DNA of 64,000 bases from Monocercomonoides exilis PA203. Its lineage: Eukaryota; Protista; Preaxostyla. The notes under the pieces were generated by a model. It was not told the DNA's origin and did not search any database. It was given only the letters and a program-made list of their open reading frames with translations. A program made the position numbers and the translations under genes. Below are positions 12,701 through 25,091 of this stretch, one piece after another. Within the stretch, counting starts at the first letter, position 1. Every line of letters begins with the position of its first letter. The DNA lies in assembly GCA_001643675.2 (NCBI GenBank), contig LSRY02000016.1, positions 1,054,001 through 1,118,000 of the forward strand. The letters run 5' to 3'.

Positions 12701-15257
12701 TGGAATGATTTCCCCAGCAAGTGCTCGTTCACAGAGCCCTCCGATTGACCCGCGCTCGCTGCTCACTCAAGTGGAGGAGCAGCCCATTTTGACTTCTGCG
12801 CTGTCTCAGGTGAAGAACAGGATGATGATGCAACAACAACAACAGCAGCAGCAGAACATGCCATCTCCTCCTGCATCGCCTGGACTGGGCAGTTTGCCTG
12901 CGCTTCCTGGCTCTCCACACCAGTGGCATGCAGTGAGCTTTGCCCAGGGACAAGGGAATGCTTCTGGGACATCATTATCATCAGCTTCATTATCATCTTC
13001 ATCATCTTCATCGTCTTCTTCATCTTCATCTTCAAATCCAGTGGTGCATCGTGCTGAGCGTTCGCAATCGTTTAGTCAGAATTCATATGATCAACAACAG
13101 CAATATCAGCAGCAGCAACAGCAGATGGAGATGAGTGGAGGAGGAGGAGGAGGAGGAAGAGACGGAATCAGTGGAAGCAATCCAAGCAACAGCCTTTCCC
13201 ACCAGCAGTTTTACCAGCCGCACCAGATCCACATTCAAAGAGGGAGTGCAGTTGGCGAAGTTGCCCACAGCCCTCGTCGGGACAGCATCAACAGCAGCTT
13301 CAACAGCATCAACAGTTTGAACACCATCAGCAGCAGCCTCAACACAAACAACATGAACAACATGAGCAATGCAATTGCAGAGCATGGAGCAGAAATGGCT
13401 TGCCTGCCGCTCCCTTCAACAGCTGTGTCTTCGTCTTCTTCTTTGTCTTCTTCTTCTTCCATTTCATCTGCTTCTGCTTCAGACTCCATCCACTCAACAC
13501 ACTCATCTCTATCTTTCCAGCAGTATTCCTCGCTCCAGCCACATCAGATGCGCCATTCAATTGATGTTTCTCTGCTTCCACAGGCATCTTCATCTCCCCC
13601 TCCTCTTCCTCTTCCGTCTTCTTCTTCTTGTACTCTGCCATTCCAAACAGACTTGCAATACCAGCATCAACACCAGCACCAACAAAGCAATGCTTATCAA
13701 TCACACACACATTCTTCTTCTTCTTCTTCTTCTTCTTCTTCTTCTTCTTCTTCTTCTTCTTCTTCTTCTTCTTCTTCTTCTTCTTCTTCTTCTTCTTCTT
13801 CTTCTTCTTCTTCTTCTTCTTCTTCTTCTGATGCGAATCGAATTGTTCCTCTGAGAGAAATACCACAAGCACCGCTGTCAGCTGAACGCGAACACAATTT
13901 TGGAGAAGAAGGAGACGAGAAGAGGAACAAATACGTGATGAACGAAGGAATGACAGGCGTTTCAGGGCAAAACCAGTTGTCTGTGTATGGAACGCCTTCT
14001 TCTTCTTCATCTGCCTCTTCTTCAATATCACTTACCACTCCATCCACTTCTTCTTCGTCTCCTTCTCGTTTGCCTCTCTCTTTCCCTCCTCTCACTTCAC
14101 TCTCCACACCTCAGCTTCAGCAACAAAATCAACTGCAGCAGCAACAAGCTTATTACAATACACCTCAATCAGCTATGCCTTCACAATCATCATCATCATC
14201 ATCATCTTCTTCTTCTTCCTCTTCCTCCTCTTCCTCCTCTTCTTCCACCATGTCATCTCCACTTGCTCTCAAACCCCCCATCGGAAGGCCTCCGCTGTCG
14301 GTGCTGATGAAGCAAAAAAGCGACCTCACTTCAGCTCATTCACAGGCATATGCTTCACGTCACATTTCATCATCATCATCTTCTTCTTCTTCTTCGTCTT
14401 CTTCTTCATTCCCAACCTCACAAACACCCCCAATACCCAATTCACACTCACATACATTTCCTTCTTCTTCTTCTGCTTCTGCGTCTTCTACCCCTTCTTC
14501 CACACCTTCAACTTCCCCTTCTTCTTCCTCATCGAATCTTGACTATCTCCACAATCCAACATCTTCTTCCTCTCTTCCTCCTCTTCTTCCTCTCCCTTCA
14601 CTCAACATGTCCTCCTTCACCACACACCAGAATGTTCCTTCGTCTTCTCCTTCTTCTCCGTCTTCCTCTTCTGTCACTCCGTCTTCCTATTCCACTTCAT
14701 CCCATCATTCTTCTTCTCCTTCTCTGCCTTCGCCTTCCTCTGGTGGAAGCGCTGCTAGTCAGCAATTTGCTCATTTTGCTGTGTCTTCTTCTTCTTCTTC
14801 TTCTCCGATGCAATCAGATTCCCCTTCTTCTTCTTCCTCTTCCTCCTCCTCTTCTTCTGTTCCTTCTTCTCTTCCTGGACAAACCCGATACCCTCCCTTG
14901 ACAGCACACACCCGCTCCTCCTCTTCACACTCTCTCCGTTCAAATGCATCCAATTCCTCTGCCACGTCTTATTCATCGATCAACACACAGCAGAATTCAA
15001 CGCCGAGAAGAAGCGCTTCTCAGACACCGCCGATTGCGCCATATTCGCAAGGGGGTGTGGGGAATACAGGCGTTTCAAATGTTTCAGGTTTGCAGGGCCT
15101 ACAGGGATTACAGGGATATCAGGGTTATTCAGGGCATACAGGACATTCTAGTCATTCGGGACATTCGGGACATTCGAACCATTCGAGTCATTCGAATCAG
15201 TCGGGGCAGTCAGGACAGTATTCACCAGCATCAAAGCAGAGGAGGATAAAGTCATGA
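9766..15257 (+). CDS. CTD small phosphatase (SCP/Psr, NIF HAD family), probably joined to a ~1400-aa low-complexity C-terminal exon
   Basis: KKCLVLDLDETLVHSSF, KRPGVDYFL, FTAS..YA..LLDLLD, HRLFREHC, YVKDLSRLGR..VDN. The N-terminus MGGGSSCLC is a myristoylation/palmitoylation-type sequence. The join to 11004-15257 across the AT-rich gap is inferred. Confidence 0.8.
13713..13829 (+). repeat. Perfect (TCT)39 microsatellite encoding poly-Ser
   Basis: Uninterrupted TCT run inside ORF 11004-15257. Confidence 0.95.
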
Positions 15258-15940
15258 AAAATTGTAAGTTCAAAATTGAAAGTTATGGGTAAATGATAAA
15301 ATGATAAAATTAAATCAAATATAATGGTAAATGAGGTTGAGAAGAAGGAAAATGAATGAACGTCATTATGCAGTGAACATTTGAACACGATAAAATGAAT
15401 CGAAATGAAATGAATACATAATATTCCCACTTATCTTTTGAATGTGAAATGTTGAATGAAAAAAATGTGGAAGTTGAATGTGTTTCTGATATGTTCATTT
15501 TATAGTACCATTGATATCAGTGATGATTATATGCACACACATTCATTCATATATATATATGTGTGTTAAAATGATGCTCCTGCCTTCAACTTCAATTTCT
15601 TTTACTTCTTCATATTCTAATTCTTTTTTCTATATGTTCTCATTCTTTTCCTTTTTCTTGCCTTTTTCTGTTTATCTTGGCGTTTTGCCATTTGACTTCT
15701 GATTTTCTTTTTTGTTTGTGCTTTTATTTTATCTTATTTATGACAGTCATTTTTGAGTGATCGCTTTTGAAAGTTATTTTGGTTTTTTTCCTTTCTTCAA
15801 TTTTTTTTTAAGATTTTTTATTTAATTTTTTGTATGTGTTATTTTTTTAAAAGTCAAATAAAATCATTTTGTTAACAATAAAATTGTGCTTTCAGATTGA
15901 ATGAAAAGTGCAAAATGTGTTTTGTCGAGCAATTTAGTAT

Positions 15941-15976
<36 letters not shown>

Positions 15977-18900
15977 TTTTTCTTATTCTTTTCTTTTCTT
16001 TTCACCTTCTAAGTTTTGCACAAGTCTAATGTCGATTTCCTTCTAAGCATATAAATAAAGTCTATATTGTTAATTATTGCGATTTTGCTTATGCAATTTT
16101 TTTCCCTTTAATGTTAAAAGTCTTTTCAAACTAACAATTGAAAATTTTGAATTAAACCTGCTTTTTTTATTGATTATTGTTCATAAGAAGTCCTGTTTGG
16201 TTGCCTTCTTCCTTTTTTTTATTACAACTCGTCAGAAGAATAATGAAAATGAAATTTGTTAATCGGGTTATTCATCCTTTGTCGTTTTTAATCCACTTTT
16301 TCTATTTATTTTCTCTTATTTGATTTTTTCTAATAATTTCTAATCTTTTCTTCAATTATCTTTTTTCATTATCTTTTTCATTATTTTTGAGAAACAATAC
16401 GTTTTTTCAAAATACTGAACAATATCTTCATATGCAATGTGTATGTAACATCTTTACTCAATCTGTGTGCTTCTCTACTTTTATTCAAGTGTTTATTGGA
16501 TAAAAATCCGTTGCTTTCTTTCTTAATTGTTCTCTTTAATTATCTTTCGTATATCTATGTTTTGATTATTTATCTTTCAATATTGTTTCTTTATTTAGTT
16601 GAAATGTCTCTTTTCAATTGTGGATTTTTAATGATCAATTTGTGAATTGCTTTTCTTTTTCTTTTTCTTCTTTTTCTTCTAATTTATTTATATTTATCAC
16701 AAATTTTTTATTATTGAAAAAATGACTGTCATAAATAAATTGTATATGTAGAATTGCACTTTTTACAACATTTCTTTTCTCAATGCTTGACTTCGCAATC
16801 ATTGTTTGAAAATATTTCTTTCTTTCTTTCTTTTTCTTCTTCATTATTCTTTCTTCATTCTACTCTTTTTTTCATTCTTTTTTTATGCTTTTCCTCCTCC
16901 AGCTTCAATCATACACGCACTGTCGTTACTACCCCTTTCGATTATTTCACATTCAAAATCACACAGTTCCATTTGAGTGGGTCTGACAAGTTTTGTTAAC
17001 TGTTAAGCTCATCCTCTTTCTCTTTAGTTGTTTCAAATAACAATGAAAGAAAAAAATGAAAAAAATAAACTGATCATTAATTAATTTATTTTTTTCTTCA
17101 TTGAAGAAAGTCATTTGAAGTTTCGTTCATACACTGCGTTAAGTGCAAGACACACACACAGCGTACACGTCTTGTTGGTTCACCTGCTCTCGCAAATGCG
17201 AGGTTTTCTATTGTTTATTAATAAGCATCGTTTATTTCTCATTGATTTTAATGATCTTTTATAATTTTGTTTTGTTTTTTCTTCTTTACTTTTGTCTTTT
17301 TCTTTTCTTTAATTTAATTAATTTTTTTTTTTTTTTTTGAAAGAAAAGTCTTTTATTGATCAATTACTGGATTTTTTTATGTGCAGTTTCAACAACAAGT
17401 TTGATATTCTCTTTTATTAATAGATTTATTAACGTTCAGTTTCAATTTGCTTTTTCTCTCCTTTTTTTCTTTTTTTAAAATTGTTCTCTATTTTCATATT
17501 GAAACTCGTTCTTTCCTAACTCAACTGATAAATCTTTCTTATTCATTTCACAAACCTCTTTCATTTTCTCTCTCTTTCCCTCTTTCTTTATGCCTTTCTT
17601 TTTTTCCCTTCTTTTTGACTTTTTCAGCCACAGGATCTGGAAACCTGCTCCTAATTTCCGCTTCCTTGTTATCTAAAGCACCATTTTTTTGGAGGTGTGC
17701 AAACAGACATAGCACACATCAGCAAGTTTATCTGTTTTCAGTTACATGAATAATAATGATGATAAAAATACTTTATAACAATTTACACTTCATATTGATC
17801 GGCTTTTTAAATTAAGAAATAAAGAAAAAAATAAAAAAAATAAAAAATAAAACTTCCAATAAATAAATATAATTGCATTATATAATGATAATAATAGTAA
17901 TAATGTTAAAAGTGCTTAAGTACTTTTCTTTGAAAAAAAAAAAAGAAAGAAAGAAATAAAAAAGAAAATTTTCTACCAAAGCTAAAAATGATGAATGCAC
18001 TTTTAACAATTCAAAGGAACACATGAATACAACTAAAATAAAAGAAAACGTGAAAAAGATTAGAAATAAATTTGCAGAGAACATAAAACAAAACAATAAA
18101 CTGGACATTTTTATTTTTCATTCGGGATAAACTGAAAATTGAGACTTGATTTCCAAGCTGAAAAGGAAAATGGTAATATGAAAAGAGAGAGAGAAAGAGA
18201 AAGGAAAAGAAAAAGTATTTGAATAAAAAAGTAGATAAATGGATATGTGAATAAAAAAGAAAGTAAGAGAAAAAGAAAGAGAGAAAGGAAAAAGAGAAAT
18301 AAAAACAGAGCATATAAACAATTAGAGAATGCGCAACTTAATTTATTCTTTCTGTTGAGGGAAGAAAAAGACATACGCGAAAGGTTGAATAATGTGAATG
18401 GAACGAAAATAATTCATCGAAGAAATAAATGAATATGAGGAAAAAAGAAAAGAAAAGAAAGCAAGAATATTAAAAGTTGTTTATATCAAAGAAAGATTAT
18501 CAAGAAAGATTATCAAGAAAGAGAGAGAGAGAAAGTGAGGAAGAGGGGGGAAAAGAAGAAAATTTAAAAAAAAAAGACAATGAAAAGGGAGTGAAATAAA
18601 TTGTATGAAAGAACAGAAACATCATATTGACCAGAACCGGGCAATCCAAAAAGATTAAAAGATTTAAAAGAAAAAAAGAATTTATTTTTGAATAAAACAA
18701 AAGATAAGATAAGATAAGAGAAGAGAAGAGAAGAAATAAGAAGTATAGTTCATAAACAGAGCAATGACGAGTAATGAAGTGAATCGAAAGAATACAAAAA
18801 AACTAAGTCAAAGATCAAAGATGAATGCAATTGCACAAGACTGATTAATTAAATGATGAAATAATCTATTAAATATTTTTATTTTTTTTGAATATCTGTT

Positions 18901-19510
18901 CATTAATTATCAAGAAATAAATGATCATAAACAAGAAAACAGATCAAAAAAGAAGAAGTCGTTGATGAACTTTGTGAAGAAGAAGGAAAAGGAAGAAAAG
19001 GAGGAGAAGAAGAAAATTAAAGCTAAACATTACTAAGACTTTGGGCAAGCATTCAAAAAATCATGCAAAACAAAACAAAACAAAACAAAATTATAAACAA
19101 AGCAATTATCTTCCACACCAAGGGAATACAAAGGCATCTTCGTCATTTTCCTTTCTCTTCCACTCATCCGAAAATTCGTTACAAGAGCAAGAAATGCACT
19201 TTGCAAAAATAGAAGACAAAATAGTTGGGGAAAACTACTTAATAGCTCTTCCTCACTTAATCATTTTCCTTCATAAACGAAAAAAAATCAAAAAAAGAAG
19301 CAAAAAACGAAAATTATCAGAGAACATTATTGTAACAAGATGATATTACAAAGCAGGAGGAAAGGCAAAAGGCAGTCAGTTCAAAGCTAAATCCAACTAT
19401 TTCATTTGAGTCAAAAAAAAAAAATATGCTTGACTTCACAAAAAACATAATTACTCCATTCACCATTATTCATCCCCTTCTTCTCTTTTCTCTATTTCTC
19501 TCTCTCTCTC

Positions 19511-19570
19511 TCTCTTTCTTCTCTTTCTTCTCTTTCTTCTCTTTCTTCTCTTTCTTCTCTTTCTTCTCTT
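19511..19570. repeat. 9-bp tandem repeat (CTCTTTCTT)n
   Basis: About six tandem copies, downstream of the minus-strand gene ending at 19692. Confidence 0.8.
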
Positions 19571-19691
19571 CATCTTTCTTCTTCTTCCAATCTTCTTCTT
19601 CCCTCATCCTCTCTCTCTTTCTCAAGATAACTATTTGTTATTGCCCATCCTTCCCCTCATCTTCTTCATTCTTCTCGTTCATTTTCTCGTT

Positions 19692-20221
19692 CTATTTCTT
19701 CTGCTGTTGCTGTTGCATCAAAGCATCGCTGCTGCTCTGCTTCACAAAAGGCGAAAATGACATCGACGTCTTTCGTGAGTGGGACATGAACGGAGCAGAA
19801 GGAAGCGAATGCGAATTGCTTGGATTCTGGAAAGGAGATGAAGAAGAAGGAGAAGTTGAAGAAGAAGCAGTTGAAGAAGAAGAAGAAGAAGAAGATGATG
19901 ATGATGATGACGATGAATTATTCGACACACCAAACGGAGAAGGAGCCAACACATTCGTTACTTTTGCGCCAGTTGCTTCAGATTCGCCTCCACTTGCACA
20001 GTTTTGTGATTGCGCTGCTGTCTTTTTGAGAGGCTGAGGAGCAAACAGAGTGGATGCCTTGTGCTGTGTGGCGGGCTGTGTGGTCATCTGAGGATGAAAG
20101 GCAGAGGTTGTTGTGGTTGAAGATTTTGATACTGATGATGAAGTTGAGGATGAAGAAGAAGATGTTGATGCTGTTGTGACAAGCTTTTGACCGAATTGAG
20201 GTTTTGGGGATGCAAATGAAG

Positions 20222-20253
<32 letters not shown>

Positions 20254-23042
20254 TTAGAAGAAGAAGCACCAGAAACCGAACTCGAACTCATCCCCTTCAG
20301 CTTGAATGCAGCAGCTCCAAACGCATTTCCTCCACTCATTCCACTCCTCCCGCTCTTCGCAGGCGACGCCTCATTCTCCACTGGCGTTGTCGCACCAGAA
20401 CTGAGCGGAGTCGAAGAAGAGGCAGAAATCGGCTGCGGAGTCCATCCGCTCTGCTTCATCCGCTTTTGGATGGCGGAAGAGCGAAGAAGCGCTGTTGCCT
20501 TTGCCAAGCCCGACACACCTGCTTGATGGCCAATAAGAGACGGCTTGAAGGTAAGGGACTTTGTTTGCTTGGTGGAACTGGATGTGGATGCGGATGAGGC
20601 TGAAGATGTCTTTGTGACGCTGGATGAAGCTAAGTTTGCAGTGTTTCCTTGAGGCATCTGTGTCTTCGCTTTCTCCTTCTCATTCTCTTTCTCCTTCTCC
20701 TTCTTCCACTCTTTCACTTTCCCTCCCTCATCCTCACTTGCACCTCCTTTCCCCACTTTCCTCAGCTTCACCTCTCCCAGCACAACCACCCTCTTTCCGA
20801 GCCCCAGTCTTTCCGCTTTCGTCTTCCCATCTGCATCAAGCAGCTCTGCTTCTGACAGCCCGCTCTCGTCGTCGTTGTCGAGATCCAACAGATCAAAGTC
20901 CTCAGAAAACGACGAGGTCGATGGAGAGCTTGGAGCAGTTCCTGTTGAAGTGGCTGAGGCGCCTTCTTTTGCATTCGAACTGGATTGTGCTGAGTTTTTG
21001 GCTTTGTGCACTCGTTTCCCTTCTTCCTTCGCATGCTGCTGCTTCTCTTGCTCCATCTCTTTTTCTTTTTCTTTTTCTTTCTCTTTCCTCTGGAGTGTCA
21101 ACTGCCTCATCTTCTCTTCGGCCTCGTGGATCTTCTGCTTCTTCGCTTCTCTTTCCTTCATCAGCGCCCTGATTTTCTCCTCTGCCTCTTTGATCTTCTT
21201 TTCCCTCTTCACTTTCTCTTCCTCTTCTTTCTTCTTGTCCAGCATGCCCCTCAGCGTCTGCTCGATCTCGTTCTCCTTCACCTCCTGCAGAATCGGCTGC
21301 ATCAGCTTCTGCAGCACCTCTTCCAGATCGCTGCTGCCGTCGTCCTCTTCGTCTGCCCCGTTCCAGAAATCAGGTTCCTCCACGCCTCCAACTTCTGTCG
21401 TAACCTCAGCACTGATGTCGATTTTTTGCACATTTTGCGATTGGCCCATTGAAGATGAATAATCAAACGCGCTTTTGATATTTGCACTTCCATCTTCTCC
21501 TTCATTTTCTTCTTCTTCGTCATCGTCTGGCGGTGGAGGCGTCTTCAGTCTTTCTGTTTGGATGTTTGCAGAAGCAGATGTGTATGTGGCATTGCTCACA
21601 GCAGTGTGTTGATTGCAACCTTCTTCCTCCTCCTCATCATCATCATCAGGCGGAGGGGGTGTCTTGAGTTGTCGATATGCTGCCTCTGAACTTACTTTCA
21701 CGTTGTCTGTGTTTCCAATCGAAATATTTGCTCTTTCATTTCCATTGCCCTCTGCAGCAGCAGCACCAGCACCAGCATATCCTTCTTCCTCGTCTTCATC
21801 ATCATCAGGTGGGGGCGGGGTCTTCAGCTGTGCTGCTCTTTGAGCGATGCTCTCTTCTGAAACACGAACACTCGAAACAGCATTGCTCATTTGCTCGGTC
21901 ACCTTTGCGTTCTCTTCCACTTCCTCTTCATCTTCATCTTCGTCATCGTCTGGAGGAGGTGGGGTTTTCAATCTGCTTGTGGACAGTTGTGTATTCATGA
22001 TTTCATAGTTCTTGACCGCACTTCCTCCTTCTTCCTCTTCCTCTTCCTCTTCTGATGGAGGTGGTGGAGTTTTCAGTTTTTGGCGTTGCTCAGAAATAAT
22101 TGTGCTTTGTTGTGAATATGATTCTGTTTCTTGAATTGAAGCGTTGTTATCATTGAATTGATTCAAAGCTTCTTCATTTCTTCCTCCGCCTTCTTCTTCG
22201 TCTTCATCTTCAGGCGGACCTGGCGTTTTCAGTCTTTCAGATTGTGAGGGTTTTTCCGATGCATTCGCCTGAACTTCGTCGTTATTCTCATTTTCCTCTT
22301 CTTCCATTTCAGGAGGACCAGGAGTGCGAAGACGAGGTTGTTTTGCTTCTTCTTCATCGGATTCACTGTCAGGAGGCGGAGGTGTAGGAAGTGGAGGAGG
22401 TTGTGAAGCTGAAGCAGCTTCAGAATTTTGAAGAATGCTTGAAGGGTTGGATGCAGCAACTTCACCTTCATCACATATCATTTCTCCCATTGCTTGAAAT
22501 TGCTTCATTTCTTCAATTTCTTCTTGGCACACGGGCAGCATAGTTTCTTGTTGTTCTTCTTGTTCAGACTGCACGCTCATTGTTTGTGCAATATGATGTA
22601 AAAAATCAACAATTAACTCCGCAGCCACAAAAGTAGGCGGATCTTGTTTCCTAAAATTGTGCGAAAAATAAAAAAAAAATCCGAAAAAAGTCTCTTTGAA
22701 AAAAGGCATAAAAATTTATTGTATTCATACAGCATCGCATGGTGCTTCGAGCGATTTTGATGTGCCCAAATATCAAATAACGCAATTGCTGGAAGTTCTT
22801 CTTTTCCTTCAAAATGGTCGAAAATTGTTCTGAGACCTCTCCTAGGCTTCTCTAAACAAATTGGAAGATATTCTTTTAGAGTTACAAGGAGAAAATCCGA
22901 TAATCCAAGAAGCTCCTATATATCAACAATTATCGCATCAATACAAACAAATCATCCATATAAAAAATGAGCAATGACAAACAGTTATAATTGAATCAGT
23001 TTGATCTTCTTGATAATTTTGTGTGCCTTTTTCTTCTTCCAT
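19692..23042 (-). CDS. Hypothetical disordered protein with repeated L[KR]TP[PG]PP+acidic motifs, coiled coil and Ser-rich tail; 3 exons
   Basis: ATG at 23042 (MEEEKGTQNY). Introns at ~22982-22917 and ~22730-22651. The long final exon is ORF 19692-22709. Confidence 0.8.
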
Positions 23043-23324
23043 GTTCTCTAATTTTAAATTACGTTTGATCAATGCATAAAAAAAGATTTTGAATAATGTC
23101 GAATTTTCAATTTTTTTGATAATTCCATTTCAAATTTAAATGTTTGTAATTCATTTTAATGCTTTCAAAATAGAATGAACAAAATAATTGTGAATAAAAG
23201 ATTTTGTTTTGTTCATGAAAGATGTTAAATAATAATAAAGATGTGAATGCTTTTAAATTATGAAAAGGATGAAAGAAATTTCGAAAAATTCACAATAAAT
23301 CCAATTCAATAATATTATCGATCA

Positions 23325-24734
23325 ATGAATTCAGATAACTCTTATGAAAAATCCAAACAAAGGCAGTTAATTGAAATTCAAGAATTACAAAAAAAGATAA
23401 TTGAGCAAACAGTTTCAAAAAAAGTTGCACATGATTCTGTCAAAGAAACAAGATTAAACCAAAAAGAAAAATTATCGAATTATCCAACTTCTCAGTCTTC
23501 AATCTGTTCAGGAAAAGCAAAAGCAAATCCATTAAATGATGTTTGCTTTCTATCATGATTTTTTAATTTTAACAAATTTATTTTATATATTTTATAAAAG
23601 GAAGTTCTTGAAAGTCTTGCTTCAAGAATTGCAGTTCGAATCAGGCATGATCTCGCACGAGAAACTGAGACAGAATTTGCAAAGCAGCGTGAAAGGCGTA
23701 TTAAAGAGCTGGAGCAGTCATCTTCTTTGATTTCTGAAGTCGAAGGAAACACTTGCCCAATTTGTTTTGATCTTGTTTGTTACTTATTTGTGATTGTCAA
23801 AATTCTTGAGCTTGTTTCATTATAAAATCTTCAATAAAGATGGCTCCTCCTGAGCATTCCCCCATGATTCTTGTTCCTTGTGGTCATACGTTTTGGTATG
23901 AATTTCTATTTTTTTCCCTTTTTTGCTATGTATCCATTAGTTCATCATGCATTCCTTACATATACAAACAATCGAAAGCTGAAGCTCATAGGCAGAATCA
24001 TTGTCCTCTTTGCCGCGTTAGTATTACATCTGTTGCACCAAATCGAAATCTCCAAAAGATTATTGAAGAATATTTGAAAGCACAGGATAGAAGAGATAAC
24101 ACGAAACTTTCGAGCGCAATGCATTCGCAAAACAGCTCAGTTAATTCCAACACAACTTTATCATCTGGAGAATCTTCGCTTTCTTCGACAGCAGCTTCTT
24201 CTTCTTCAGATCTTCTTTCGCAATATAAATCTGAATTATCATCTTTATCCATTCGACTATCAGCACTTGAAAGCGAGAAAATCAGTCGCGAAAGGGAATT
24301 AAAAGACATCACAGAATCAATTGAAATAGGGACACACATAAAAACAAAATTGGAGGATTCATTAAGTATGAAAACAGTATTTTTAAAATTTTTTAAAGCG
24401 ATTTGATGAGATGAGAATGAGAAAAAAAGGAAAATGTTGATAATTTTTGTTTTTTAAGAAATGGTTTCAGTTGTGTAATAACTAACTTTCTTCTTCTTTC
24501 TCTCTTTCTTTTTTTATTTTATCAGAAAAGGCAGAAGATGAGCTGATTCTTGCCAACAAAAGAGTTGAAGAAGCAAAATATTCATTGGCTGAACATGACG
24601 AAAAAATGAATATGTTACAAGAGAAGCAAAATGAATCTGGCTATACAATTGATTTGTTGAAGGAGCGCATAGATGATATTAAAGAACAAAAAAGCAGGAT
24701 TCTTCTTTTGCTTTCTGGGATGGAGAAAAAGTGA
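23325..24734 (+). CDS. C3HC4 RING-finger protein with coiled coils (putative E3 ligase), multi-exon
   Basis: Spliced CPICFDL|MAPPEHSPMILVPCGHTF|CSSC...HCPLCRVSI. Coiled-coil last exon ends at TGA 24732-24734. Confidence 0.8.
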
Positions 24735-25091
24735 AAATTTTTAAGAAGATTTTTTGATTTTATTTTTACGCTTAATAATCGATTTTTTGTGTCTTTCATT
24801 TTTATTGGTTAATTTTTGTTGATATATTTGTTTCAATAAAAAAATTTTGTTGAAGGAATCAAGATAAGTTTTTTTTTCTTCAAAGATAAAAGATAAATAG
24901 AAAAATATCAAAACAAGACGAAATAGCTCATCCAACGAAATAACTCTTTTTATTTTCTTCATATGCGCAAATGCCAAAACACTTTTCATAATTTCTTGAA
25001 ATGAGAAAAAAGATAATTGAAAACTCTTGAAAGATGAGATTAATTATGTGAAGATCATACAAGAAAAAAGCTCCTTTCTGAGCTTAAGAGA

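Noticed and set aside
15310-19500. F/L/K-rich short ORFs in the AT-rich gap
   Set aside because: Compositional artifacts of T- and A-rich non-coding DNA.
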